A program made the position numbers and the translations under genes. Shown piece by piece: positions 36,955 through 49,299 of a stretch of 64,000 nt of DNA. Below the pieces are notes generated by a model that saw only the letters and a program-made list of their open reading frames with translations, was not told the DNA's origin and did no database searches. The stretch comes from Mobula hypostoma (taxonomy: Eukaryota): contig NC_086120.1 of the NCBI RefSeq assembly GCF_963921235.1, forward strand, positions 11,470,001 to 11,534,000. Direction: 5' to 3'. Within the stretch, counting starts at the first letter, position 1. Every line of letters starts with the position of its first letter.

Positions 36955-39900
36955 ATGAGGACTGTGACAGTAGAAGTCACTACTCATAATCCTATGGATT
37001 CCGGAGTCGTGCTGGAGGCAGAGCTCACCTGGGGTGAGAACTTGAGGCAGCTGAAGGCTTTTGTGGACCCTGGGGCAGTGGGTAATTTTCTGGACTTGGG
37101 AACCACCCATCAGCTCAATATACCACAGCAAAAGTTGAGCCAGACCGTGCCCGCAAATGTCTTGGATAGCCACCTGTTTGGTTCCACGCAGATCCAGCAA
37201 CGGGCTGTGGTTTTGCGGATGTGGATAGCGGATCATGTAGAAGACATTAGTTCCTATATTATTGTCTCTCCACTTATACCACTAACCCTTGGGCACCCTT
37301 GGCTGTCCCAGCATAACCTATCCGTGGACAGGAGGGAGGGGAGAATCATTGCTTGGTCTGGTTTTTGTAAGAGGATATGTTTGCAGCGTGGTGTTCTGAC
37401 CCCCAGACTCTCCCAAGTCCAACAACCAGCAAAAAGACAGACATCAGTTCAAGGTAACCCAAAGCCCAAGGTATCTAGCTGCAGGTCCTGACTAAAGGGA
37501 GGACTACTAAACATAGACCTCTGGAGCCTGTTCCCAGGGGCACAAGGACCATTTGTAACACCTTGTTGCTGTCACTTGACGATATGGCAGAGTCCAGTGA
37601 ACCGAAGGATGAGACTTGGAAGTCAGTCGAACCACTGCCCAGAGAGAAGTGCAATGGAAAAGTATGTAAAGGAGGCCCTTGCTATGGGATTTGTTCAGCC
37701 CTTTACCTCAGAAGTTGGTGCAGGCTTCTTCTTTGTACCAAAGAAAGATGGGTGCCTGTGTCAGCTGGTGAGGTGAAGGAGTTAAAGAGGGAGGAGAAGA
37801 TGGCAGCGCGATGCAGCGCGCGCGGCCGTTCCGAATTGATATCATATCTGTGAAGTAGGATGCCGTGCCCAATTCTGATTTGATAGCGACAGACGTGAAG
37901 AAGCATGGAGGAACATCTGGAGAAACTTCTGAAATGCCTGCTTCGCTGCTGCTGCTACTGTGCAATCAAGAATCTCTGGAGGGAAGGCCCCAAATCCTTG
38001 GCCTTGCCTGTTGCCTGTTGCCAGGGTCGAAGCGCTCAGCAGAGATGGTGCTTGGTGCATCGGTGTCAGGGAGCTGGTCGGAGGCTCGGAGTTTTCAGAT
38101 GGGCTCAGAGTTTTCAGACGAACTCAGAGTCGGACTGTGATCGGATGCTTCCGGGATGGTGCATCGGCATGTTTGCGGTGCTGGAGGTTTACCATCTACG
38201 TGAGATGATGGGACTTTCGAGAGACTTTGAGACTGTACCATACCCATGGTCTGTTCTTGTCAAATTACGGTATTGCTTTGCACTGTTGTAACTATATGTT
38301 ATAATTATGTGGTTTTTGTCAGTTTTTCAATCTTGGTTTGTCATGTGTTTCTGTGATATCATTCTGGAAAAACATTGTATCATTTTTTAATGCATGCATT
38401 ACTAAATGACAATAAAAGAGAACTGCGTGTCCTCATAATCTAAAATATAATCTAATCTAAAAACTAGAGAAGTCTGAATTTCACATCACGGGTGTTTCAT
38501 TTTTGGGTTTCATGATCTCCAATGACGATCTCAAGATGGACCCTACCAAGACCCAAGCTTCAGAGACTGGTCAGAACCATCCATTGTCAAACAAGTCCAA
38601 CAATTCCTGGGGTTTTCAAATATTTACCTGAAGTTCATCAGGAATTTCAGCTCAGTAGCAGCTCCGCTGATGGTACCAACTAAGAAATCCATGGGTCTTT
38701 TGTTTGGACTACTGAAGTGGAGGCTGCTTTTGCAGAGTTTAAACAATGGTTCACATCAGATCCCATCTTGATTTCTCCTAAACCAGACCTTCCCTTCATC
38801 ATGGAGGTGGAAGCCTCAGACACAGGTGCAGTGTTGTCTCAATGTTCACCTTTGGACAGTAAACTGCAGCCGTGTGCATTCTTCACCAGGCAGCTATCCC
38901 CGGTAGAGAGGAACTATGACATCAGGAGTCGGGAGCTACGAGCAGTTAAATTGACATTGGAGGATTAAATTGACACTGGACTGAGGGGGCCAAGAACACT
39001 TTTATTGCCTTGACAGACCACAAAAACCTGGTTATACTCAGGAGGTAAGAGTCTGAATTCAAGGCAGGCCAGGTAGTCTCTTTTCTTTAACCATTTTAAC
39101 TTGGTCCAGACCTATCGACCAGGGTCCAAGAATTAAAAGTCAAATCAGACCTGAACCTGAAGTTGGGGAGCAGCTTACCACCATTGTGCTCCAAGCCAAG
39201 GTGATAGTACCAATCAACTTGGGAATCGACAACTGGTTCACAAGGCCTAGGCACAAGGAAAGATTCCTATGGACAGATCTCCAGGTCAACTATTTGTCTC
39301 AAGCTCCATCAGCTCACAGGTACTCTAGTGGAACATTCATCAAGAACGACTGCTTATCCAGGGATGGCCAGGATCGCCAAGTTCATCAAGAGTAGATATT
39401 GGTGGCCCAGAATGGAGAAATAGGGTCGACAATATGTGCAGGCATATCAAGAATATGCCTGGAACAAGGAGTCCTGTACACAATATCAAGAGCTCCTCCA
39501 TTCTCTGTCTGTTCCAGACAGACCATGGGCATGCACTTCCATGGACTTTGTCACGGGTCTTCTGCCTTCCATATTGCTGATCGGTTTTCAGAAGCGGGCA
39601 GATTCATTGCCTTGGTAAGCTACACTCTATGGTGGAGATGGTCAAAATTGTCCTGGACCTGGTCTTCAGAATCCATTGTTTTCTGGTGGACATAGTCACG
39701 GATCATGGTCCACAATTTGCATTAAATTTCTGGAGGACATTTTATAAACTGATTGGGGCAAAAGCAATAATCTCCTTTGGGTTTCACCAACAGTCCAAAG
39801 GCCAGACGGAACAGGTCAACCAAGATTTGGAATAAACCCTAACATACCTGGCCTTGGAAAGACCTGGCGAGTGGCACGACCATTTGATGTGGGCTGAGGT

Positions 39901-40505
39901 TGCCCACAACACCTTAGAGCATTCAGTGTATGGGCTGCCACCATTCAAATGCCAGTTTCGGTATTCTCTGCCACTCTTCTCTGAGCAGGAGGCTGAGGTT
40001 GTGGTTCCTGTGGTCAAAGATCTCGTCCAATGCTGCGAGCAGAAATGGACTATGGCAAGGGAGCTATTGCTGGACTCTACCTGGAGGGAGGAAGCGTAGG
40101 CTAATTGAAGGAAAAGACAAGGACCTACTTTGCAGCATGGGCAACAGGTCTGGCTGTCCACTCAGGATTTGCTTCTCCAGGTGGAGTCTAGAAAGATGGC
40201 ACCCAAGTTCATCAGACTCCTCAAGGTCCTCAGGAAAATAACCCTGGTGGCTTACACATTGCAGCTTCCCAAGACCCTGAAGGTCAATTCCATCTTCTAT
40301 GTCTTTAAATTAAAACCTGTCAGCACCAACCGCTCAGGTTTATTGATGAGGAACGGGTCTTCACGGTGAGAAGAATTTTGCACTCATAAATTTATCGAGC
40401 TGCTCAGCAATACTTCTGGACTGGAAGGGATTCGGACTCAAGGAAATGTACTGTGAGCCTGAAAAGGGGTATCTTGGATCCAGTTCTCATCCACAACTAC
40501 CATCA
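36955..40505 (+). pseudogene. pol: Gypsy pol (protease, partial RT, RNaseH, integrase, chromodomain), disrupted
   Basis: AFVDPGAVGNF protease; [12 protein letters not shown]; KLEKSEFH; EVEASDTGAVLSQ..ERNYDI; PWACTSMDFVTGL; DIVTDHGPQF..GQTEQVNQ; TVRRIL..DWKGFG..ILDP chromodomain at about 40360-40505. Confidence 0.9.
37787..38460 (+). mobile_element. Non-autonomous, CpG-rich LINE-derived retroposon inserted in pol
   Basis: 5' GAGGAGAAGATGGC (YY1-like), no RT-like coding sequence, 3' ATGACAATAAA and (ATCTA)n tail; internal 19-bp repeat at 38083-38130. Confidence 0.6.
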
Positions 40506-40559
40506 CCATCTTTCCAAACAGCCAGGGCCATCAGGAGTCAGCCGCAGGGGATGAGGTCT

Positions 40560-40877
40560 TGTTACAAGACGCATCCAACCACGCCAGCTTGCGGGGTTTA
40601 GACTGTCTAACTCTCCAGAGTATGGCTAGTATGACTGGCCCCTTTAAGGATTCAGGAGAATCCTGCTAATTGGCAATCATGTTTTTGCACCAAGAATTGA
40701 GTATTTAAAGAGCCCTTGAACAGAGTGTCAGTGCTCAATTGTAAGCCTTACAAATGATATTGTCTATCTTTTGATTTGTGCTCAGTTCTTATTCTGGTTT
40801 GATACCGTGTCTTGATCCTTGCTTCGGATATTCCAGCATCTGGGTCCAAACCATCCTTGTCAAGGTCTCTCATCACG
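40560..40877 (+). repeat. 3' LTR of the chromovirus
   Basis: Starts TGTTACA after a degenerate purine tract (AGGGGATGAGG); TATTTAAA at 40702; aligns with the 5' LTR. Confidence 0.8.
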
Positions 40878-40879
40878 AG

Positions 40880-42262
40880 TGCAAGTTGTGTCTTACCAAC
40901 TTGATTGAGGTTTTTGATAAGAAGACAAGAGAGATTGATGAAGGTAGAGCAATGGATGTTGCCTGCATGGATTTTAGTAAGGTGTTTGACAAAGTTCCTC
41001 ATGGGAGGCTGATCCAGAAGATTAGGATGTATGGAGTCTGTCGCAAAATGGCTGCTTGGATTCAGAACTGACGTGCATATAGTAGACAGCAGGTAGTGGC
41101 TGAAGGGACTTAGTTGAGCTAAAGATCTGTTATTAGTGGTGTTCTGCAGGGATTTGTTCTGGGATCTCTGCTGTTTGTGATGTATATAAATGAGCTAGAT
41201 GAAAATATAGATGGGTGGATTAGTAAGTTTGTGGATGATACCAAGATTGGTGGAATTGTGGATAGAGTAGAAGACTGGTAAAGAATATAGCATGTTACAG
41301 ATCAGTTGCCGATATGGGCAGACAAATGGCAGATAGTGTTTAACTCAGATAAATGTGAGGTGTTGCACCTTGGTAGGGCAAATACATTGTTAAGGGAAAA
41401 CAGTGTTGCTGAGCAGAGAGATCTTGGGGTACAAGTTCACAGCTCTTTAAAAGTGGCTACACAGGTCGATAAGGTGGTTGAGAAGGCTTATGAAATGCAT
41501 ACTTTTATTAGTCAAGGCACTGAGTTCAAAAATCAAGGGAATATGTTAGTCCTGATGAAGAGTCTCAGCCTGAAACATTGACTATACTCTTTTCCATAGA
41601 TCCTACCTGGCCTGCAGAGTTCCTCCAGAATTTACTGTGTTTGGATTTCCATCATCTTTCATTTTTCTTTTGCAAGACGGTATGTTGCAACTTTATAGAA
41701 TTTGGTTAGGCCACATCTGGAGTATTACATACAGTTCTGGTCCCCCCACTATAGGAAGATTATTGAGGCTTTGGAGAAGGTGCAGAAGAGGTTGTTGCCT
41801 GGTTTAGAGGGCAGGTGATATCATGAGAGGCTGGACAAATTGGGTTGTTTTCTCTGGAGCAACAGAGGCCCAGGGGACAACCCAGAGGTTTATAAGATTA
41901 TGAGAGGCATAGATAGTGGACAGAAGTAACTTTTTTTTCAGGGTTGAAATGCCTAATGCTAGAGGGCATGCTTTGAAAATGAGAGTGGATGGGTTCAGAG
42001 GGAATGTGAGGGGTAAGTTCTTTACTCAGAGAGTGGCGGATGCCGGGAATGTGCTGCCTGGTATGGTGGTAGAGGCAAATACTTTAGAGGTTTTTAAGAG
42101 ACATTTAGATAGGCACATGAATATGAGGAAGATGGGATATGGACATTGTGAAGGTAGGAGGGATTAGCTTTAGTGTGTTTTTTGATTTGCTTTTACTGGT
42201 TTGTCACAACATTGTGGGCTAAAGGGCCTGTTCTTGTGCTGTACTGTTTCATGTTTTATGTA
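40880..42262 (+). mobile_element. CR1 LINE RT/3' part
   Basis: CLTNLIEVF..DFSKVFDKVPH, VLQGFVLG..YINELD..FVDD, RDLGVQVH and FFTQRV; tail TGTTTCATGTTTTATG. Confidence 0.9.
41548..41672 (+). mobile_element. Short PLE-terminus insertion starting at a decayed hammerhead motif
   Basis: AGTCCTGATGAAGAGTCTCAGCCTGAAACATTGACT...; flanked by CAAGGGAATATGTT and CAAGACGGTATGTT (degenerate TSD); interrupts CR1. Confidence 0.7.
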
Positions 42263-42318
42263 AAAATGATTCCTTTAATAAACTGTATACACTATGTTTG
42301 AGCTCTTCGTATTCCATA

Positions 42319-43798
42319 CAGTGCCTATAAAAAGTATTCACCCCCTTTGGAAGTTTTCATATTTTATTGTTTTACAACATTGAATCATAGTGGACTTAAT
42401 TTGGCTTTTTTGACACTGATCAACAGAAAAAGACTTTTGTGTCCAAGTAAAACTAGACTCCTACAAAGTGATTGAAATTAATTACAAATATAAAGCACAA
42501 AATAATTGTTTGCATAAGTATTTATCCCCCTTTAATATGACAAACCAAATCATCACTTATGCAGCCAATTGGTTTTAGAAGTCCCATAATTAGTTAAATG
42601 GAGTTCACTGTATGCAGTCAGGGTGTCAAGAAATGGAAAGAATATGACACAGCTGTAAATCTGCCTAGAGCAGGCCATCCTCAAAAACCGAGTGACCGTA
42701 CAAGACGGATCTGTGAGGGAGGTCACCAAGAGACTTGCGACAACTCTGGAGGAGTTACAAGCTCCAGTGGCTGAAATGGGAGCAACTGTGCATACAACAA
42801 CTGTTGCATGGGTGCTTCACCAGTCACAGCTTTATTGGAGAGTAGCAAAGAGAAAGCCACTGCTTAAAAAAAAAACTCACATGAAATCTTGGCAAGAGTT
42901 TACCAGAAGGCATGTGAGTGGTGAGTGACTCTGAAGTCAGCTGGGAGAAAGTTCTGTGGTCTGATGAAACCAAAATTGAGCTTTTTGGCCATCAGACTAA
43001 ACACCATACATCATCAAAAACACATCATCCTGGAAATTGAAAGTTCTATTATGCCAAGCAAATAAATAAATAAATAAATAACATTTAAAAACTCACCATC
43101 CCTACTATGAAGCATGATGGTGGCTGCATCATACTCTGGGCATGCTTCACTGCAACAGGCCCTGGAAGGCTCGTGAAGGTAGAGGGTAACATGAACGCGG
43201 CAAAATACAGAGAAATCCTGAAGGAAAACTTGATGCAGTCCGCAAGAGAACTGCCACTTGGGAGAAGATTTGTTTTGCAGCAAGAGAATGACCCCAAGCA
43301 AAAAGCGAAAGCTATGCGGAAATGGTTTAAAAACAACAAAGTTAATGCCCTGGAGTGGCCAAGTCAGAGTCCAGTCCTCAATCCAATTGAGAATTTGTGG
43401 CTGAAATGAAAAGGGCTGTTCACTCAAGATCCTCATGCAATCTAACAAAACTTGAGCAGTTTTGTGATGAAGAATGGGGGGAAATTGTAGTGTTATGATG
43501 TGCAAAGCTGATAGAGAGCTATCCGCACAGACTCAAGGCTGTAATTGCTGCCAAAGATACATCTACTAAATACTGACTTGAAAGGGGTGAGTAATTATGC
43601 AACCAATTATTTTGTGTTTAAAAATTGTAATAAATTTAGACTGATTTGTAGAAATTTGTTTTCACTTTGACACAGAAGAGTCTCTTCTTCTTATCAGTGT
43701 CAAAAAAGCCAAATTAAATCCATTCTGATTCAATGTTGTAAAACAATAAAACTTGAAAACTTCCAAAGGGGGTGGGGTGTATATATCTATAAACTCTG
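42319..43798 (+). mobile_element. Tc1/mariner DD34E transposon relic with long IR/DR-type TIRs
   Basis: TA|CAGTGCC start; about 210-bp TIRs (42319-42530 and 43583-43798) with inner and outer AAGTATT.A.CCCC repeats; KVLWSDETKIELFG, KHDGGCIILWACF, QQENDPK..WPSQSPVLNPIENLW with 34-residue spacing. Confidence 0.92.
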
Positions 43799-44179
43799 CA
43801 TGAAACTATGTTAGAGGTTGAGAACCCAGAGAGTACACTTAATTTACAACAGCCCACCACTATTAGTGAGCTAACATAATAAATGAAAACAAATATCCCA
43901 TTGAATATCTTCAGAGAGACACTTCTGCTGAAAATTGAATTGCACATTGCTGTCTTTCCAGTGTTATACAATTGAAAATCAATTTTTTTTCCCCAGGATG
44001 AAACACAATAACAAAAGTTGTTGAAACACTTTGTGTTACTTGGAAATTCATCTGGATAGATGAACCCAATATAGTTTCCACGTGGGGAATACATGGGATG
44101 AGGCAATTTTCTGTACAATGTTTCTTTTGTTTAGGTTGTTCTGTAGGGCAGCTGCCTTGGGTACTTTCAAAGAATCATA

Positions 44180-44343
44180 AATTCCTCTCTAATAGCACGG
44201 TGGGTGTACCTACACCTCAAGGACTGCAGCGATTCAAGAAGGCAGTTCATCACCACCTTCTCAAGGGCAACTAGGGATGGGCAATAAATGCTGGCTTAGC
44301 TGGCAACACCCACATCCCGTAAATGAATAAATAAATAAATAAA
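44180..44343 (+). mobile_element. LINE (CR1/L2-group) 3' end
   Basis: LQRFKKAVHHHLLKGN* followed by GGGATGGGCAATAAATGCTGG..CCCACATCCC and an (AATA)n tail. Confidence 0.65.
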
Positions 44344-44749
44344 ATGTACTGTCTTCCTGACTCCTTTGCAACTTCCAGCCCCTCCCATAGTGAAATTATC
44401 CCTGCAATACTCCTTACTGTGATTTTTCCCCCAGGGCCCACCCTCCCCAATCTACTCGCCTCCACCTCACCCTGACTTTGTGACTTACCCAGCTGATCTC
44501 TTAGCCTCCCACAAACAGAGTACATTATCCCCGGCCTTCTACTCAGAGTGCCAACGTCCACAACCTGCCTCCATCCCTCACCATCCACAGGTCACCCTGA
44601 CATCTAGATGAAGTTCACTGGCTCTTTAACCGACCTCCCAAGCACAGGCTTAGGAAAGAGTGGTCCAAGAATATGACCAAAACAGTTGTCTACCCTCTCC
44701 TCAACCCCCAACCCCACCCCCACCCGTTGCACTCTGTTTGTATTTCATA

Positions 44750-45135
44750 TTGACTCAGTAAAGCTTCCAGAATAATCAACCCAGTCCAGACATTCTCTCT
44801 TCTCCCCTCTCCCTTCAGACAGAAAGTACAAAAGCTTGAAAACATGTAACACCAGGTTGAAGTTCAGTTTCTGTCGTGATGAGATCAGACTCTTGAATGG
44901 ATCTCTTGTCAATAAGGTGGACCCTTGACCTCACAGTCTACGTCACTATGATCTTGTACTTTATTCTTTACCTGCATTTCGCTTTCTCTGTAGCTTTTAC
45001 TTTACTCTGCATTGTTATTGTTTTACCTTGTTCTACCTCAGTGCACAGTGTAATGATTTGATCGCTAACAGTGCAAGACAAGCTTTTCACAGTATCTTGC
45101 TACACGTGACAATAATAAACCTGTACCAGTGGCAA
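44750..45135 (+). mobile_element. Rex1/Babar LINE 3' end
   Basis: HSLFSPLPSDRKYKSLKTCNTRLK-like coding; 3' UTR matches 13320-13600. Confidence 0.7.
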
Positions 45136-46681
45136 TATTCCATTCTAGAGTGGTGTAGAAGAGAATGGAATGAGGCACCATTTCTCTTCTCCTTACCACC
45201 CAGCTTCAAATCAGGAATCGGAAAGCTCTGGAGGCATTAAAGAAATAGGTCAACTGAAAAGCACAATGAAATATTGACACAATATTTCCTCTGAGCTAGA
45301 GAATATGTGCAAGTCTGTACACTCTGTAATGAGTGACAAGGACCTACTGAGCAGACATACATGGCAATTGCTTCTGTCATTATAATAGTAAAGTAATAAA
45401 TGAAATCATTTTAGTGCCTTTTGGGTGCACTAGAATGTCATAAGTGTATCCGCCACTGTAATGAGGATTTTGATATTCTATTTGCTTCTCTCTTACCAAA
45501 TCCTGGCTGGCTCTAACCCTGGCTTTTGTTATCAAGGTCAGATAGGATGGTCAACAGAGGTGAATGAAATAAAAGCAATTTATCGATTATGTGCTCTGAC
45601 TTAACATTAGAAGGCATTAGATGTAATGATGCACATTACCTAACGTTGCAGCCACACTCAGCATGTAGCTGATCAAAGCAACTTCATGCCAATAACACTG
45701 ACCTCTTCACATCCAGTAACACCTTAATTTTCTGGGACATTTTCTGCCAAAATGAAGTTTCCTGTTTCAGGTGTCAGCACACCGACGGTGATAGCATGGA
45801 GAATGGAAGACTAAGTGTGAGGAGAAGCTGCATAGCAGAGATGGTGTTTTAGGGACAGAGTAACAGGAGTAGAGTATTCAATTAAAATATGGATAATGGG
45901 CATATTATTTCAATTTATTTAATATGATTCCCTTTTGCCTACCCATCAGTAAGCAATTTTAATTTTGACATTTTTAAACATCTTTTTCTCCCCCAGAGCA
46001 TTTATCGGGTATTTTTGTTACTTCAACAGCTTTCTGGGAAGAGAATCAAGAATTTTCTGCATTTTGTGTTTAAGTAGTGCTTTCAGATTTCACCGTTGAA
46101 AATAGGCTTACCTATCTTTTCATAATAATACCCCTTTCCTCTGAACTTTCTACTAAAAAAAATAGTCTTACCTATACTGCCCTATCAAAACATTTAATCA
46201 TCTGCAGTGCCTCAATTGGATTGCTCCCTAGTCTTTAGTACTCAGAGGAATACAATTCTGGTACATGAATTCTATTCTCATTATTTAAGCCTCCAATTTA
46301 CCGAGCCGTTCCAAGTAAACGTAAGGGGGAAGGGGAGGTGGCTGTCAACCTGTAAATTGCCAGTATTTTCTGCTTTAGAATTACCAGTGTATCTGTGAGA
46401 AAATGTCACTCAATGCTCCCTGGGAGTTTAATCACAGAATCTGTAATTGACCATCCCAAATAGATACAAACCCAGACAATTAATATTTTAGTAGAGGGGG
46501 AAGGGTTTAAGCAGCATACTTAAAGGAGGTGAGAGAGACAGAGAAGCAGATGTGGATTACAGCAAGTAAATGCAGGGTTGCCAAAAGTCCACAATTTGAG
46601 ATCTTGTAGAGATCTTTGTAAAGTTCAACTGAGCCTGATTAACAAATACATTTTGGGATAAATATTTGTCTAGATTCATTT

Positions 46682-47252
46682 AGACCAAAAGACCATAAGT
46701 CATAGGAGCAGAATTAGGCCATTTGGTCCATCAAGTCTGCTCCACAATTTCATCATGACTGATCCATTTTCCCTCTTAGCCCCAATCTCCCTGTATCCCT
46801 TCATGCCCTGACCAGTCAAGAATCTATCAACTTCTGCCTTAAATATATCTCCAGACTTGGCCTTCAGAGCTACCTGGGGCAACAAATTTCTCAGATTCAC
46901 GACTCTCTGACTAAAGAAACTCCTCACCTCCATTCTAAAAGAACATCTCTCTATTCTGAGGTTGTGTCCTCTGGTCTTAGACTCTCCCACAATAGGAAAC
47001 ATCCTCTCCACATCCACTCTATCAAGGCCTTTTACCATTCGATAGGCTTCAATGATGACACACCTCATTCTTTTGAATTCTAGTGAATACAAGCCCTGAG
47101 CCATCAAACACTCTTCATATGACAGGATGTTCAAACCTGGAATTATTTTTGTGAACCTCCTTTGAACCCTCTCCAGTTTCAGTATATCCTTTCTAAGATA
47201 GTGGGCCCAAAACTGCTCGCGAATCTCCAAGTGAGGTTTCAACAGTGCTTTT
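46682..47252 (-). mobile_element. CR1 3' part (antisense)
   Basis: ORF 46700-47317 LERVQRRFTKIIPG..KTRGHNLRI..FFSQRVVNL; tail (AGACCATA). Confidence 0.9.
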
Positions 47253-49299
47253 AGCTGAGTAGTTAGAATGTCAAACTGACTGTAAAGCACACTGGTTGAG
47301 AGCACTCCAGGCTGCAATGAGGATCTCTTCGTCTAGACCTCCATGATATCAAGAACTGTCTGACAGTGCTGTGTGTCTTGACAGTGGGGCTGTGGTGATG
47401 AAGATTTGTACTCCAGAATGAGCCACTTCTCTATCTCATGCTATTCCAGTTCATTTATTCCTCTTGGAGATGGGTACTTAATGTGTAATGAGAACCAAAT
47501 GCACCATGTGTCTTCTCGTGGACAATGGAAACCTCTGTACAAAGGACACTAGAGATTGCAGAGGCTGGAATCTGGAGCAACAAATCTTTGATACATTGTT
47601 ATGCCAGCCAGTGCATTTAATTAACTGTTGACTACATTCAGTAAGTAAGGATTAGCAATTCTTGCCTTACTGAACAACAATACATACAACACACTCATGG
47701 ACACCACACTGGTGGGGAGTTTGGGATGTTCTGCTTGAGGAACTGGGAAGGCAGTCAGTAAATAAGAGGTAAAAGAGAAAGGGTTTCTCTTTCAAGGACA
47801 ATGATGAAAACCAGTGGACATGCTGGACATGTTAGCCACCAAGGGAAATGGTCCAAAACATGTACTCTCTACATGCAAAGAGTGAAGCTGTGCCCAAGTT
47901 CTGATAAAGAAGGAAGTTTGCGTTATTCCTTGGTTAAAGAGAGATATTTTTCCATAATTCTTCTCAACAAGCAAGCAACCATTCAGACCACTGAGTTCAT
48001 CCTGGCTCTTGGAACAATCCCGTTCACCACTAATTTTCCCTGTAATCTTTTCACCCTGCAATGCCATCACTAACTAACTCTCACTAACAATATAGCAGAC
48101 AATTAACCAACCAACTAGCAGGTCTTTAGAATGTGGGAGAAAAGCCATATGATTACAGAGTGAATGTCAAAATTACAGTCAAAACTGGAGTAATGGAAGC
48201 AATCTAGTGTGGGAAGTTCAAAGGCAATGATCATTAAAGTTGAACATAGACAATGAGGACATTGGCTCCAGATGAGGGGTCTTGAACCAAAACATCAACT
48301 GTCCATCTCCCTGTACAGATGCTCCCTCCAGATTTTTGTTTGTTGCTCAGATTCCGACCATGTGCTCCAACACAGCGCTTCTATTCACGAGATTGTGTGT
48401 GATACAAAGGTTTCTATTGTCCACGGTAAAAATGAAAGTCTGACGATGAACAAGTGTGTGAAGAGCAGGAAGTTTTATGAAAGATTCAGATAGGAATTGG
48501 AAAAAAAGTATATATTGAGATTATAATGCAGAAAAACAGATTGAAACTAATGATTAATTAGTGTTTACCTTCCCTGAGGATGTGGCAGACACAGGTTGCA
48601 AGGTGGCCTTCAGAAAGAATTCAAGAAAATTTTGCAAAGGCTGTGTGTGGAGTTAGCAACCTGTTCTCCCAGAGAGTTGAGTAGATGTAATAGACTGAAT
48701 GGCTTCCTGTGGTGCTGGGATCATCCAGGATTCTGTGATTTCTAAGACAATTAGTCTGTGTTAATATGGATTGAATAGATATAATAGTTATATGGGACGG
48801 CATGTGCTGGGATCTGGAGCAGCACACCATCTGATGGAAGAGCTCAGTGGGTAAAGCAACATCTGTGGAAGGAAAGGAATGTAAACGTTTTGAGTTGGAA
48901 CCATGGAAATGCAGCCCACTGGAGAGTGATCTTATAGACTATCAGTCCTGCTGGAGGCTGCAGTGGAGATTATAGCTTTAGTTTATAGGTTCAGTTTATC
49001 ATTGAGAGGACTAGAATATGAATGCATTTTACTTTGTTAAATCCAAGAAATGAATTACACATGCCTGCAAATATTGCGTACTTGTGCCTGTGTTAATAGT
49101 TAATTGACAGAATAAATGTATATTTATTCCTGGTGTAGAAGCAATATACTTTTAGGAAAACAGTATAAAATACTCTTGTCTTTTGATACGCTTTTGTATG
49201 AGCCACTGTCCTTATTGAGCTTAGCTAGCTTTGATAAGGGCTCACATATTGCTTTAGCCTGTGAACTTATTTTCTGCCTTGACTCTGTTCTTTGTCTTC

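Larger units (their letters stand above)
33722..40877 (+). mobile_element. Decayed Ty3/Gypsy chromovirus (Tf1/sushi group) provirus with two nested insertions
   Basis: Order: LTR, PBS, gag (MDP..; CCHC), protease, RT/RNaseH, integrase, chromodomain, purine tract, LTR. LTR blocks 33784-34039 and 40621-40877 align. Confidence 0.9.

Noticed and set aside
37865-38291. Overlapping Cys-rich ORFs (82-128 aa)
   Set aside because: They arise from the GC-rich non-coding retroposon and show no recognisable domain.
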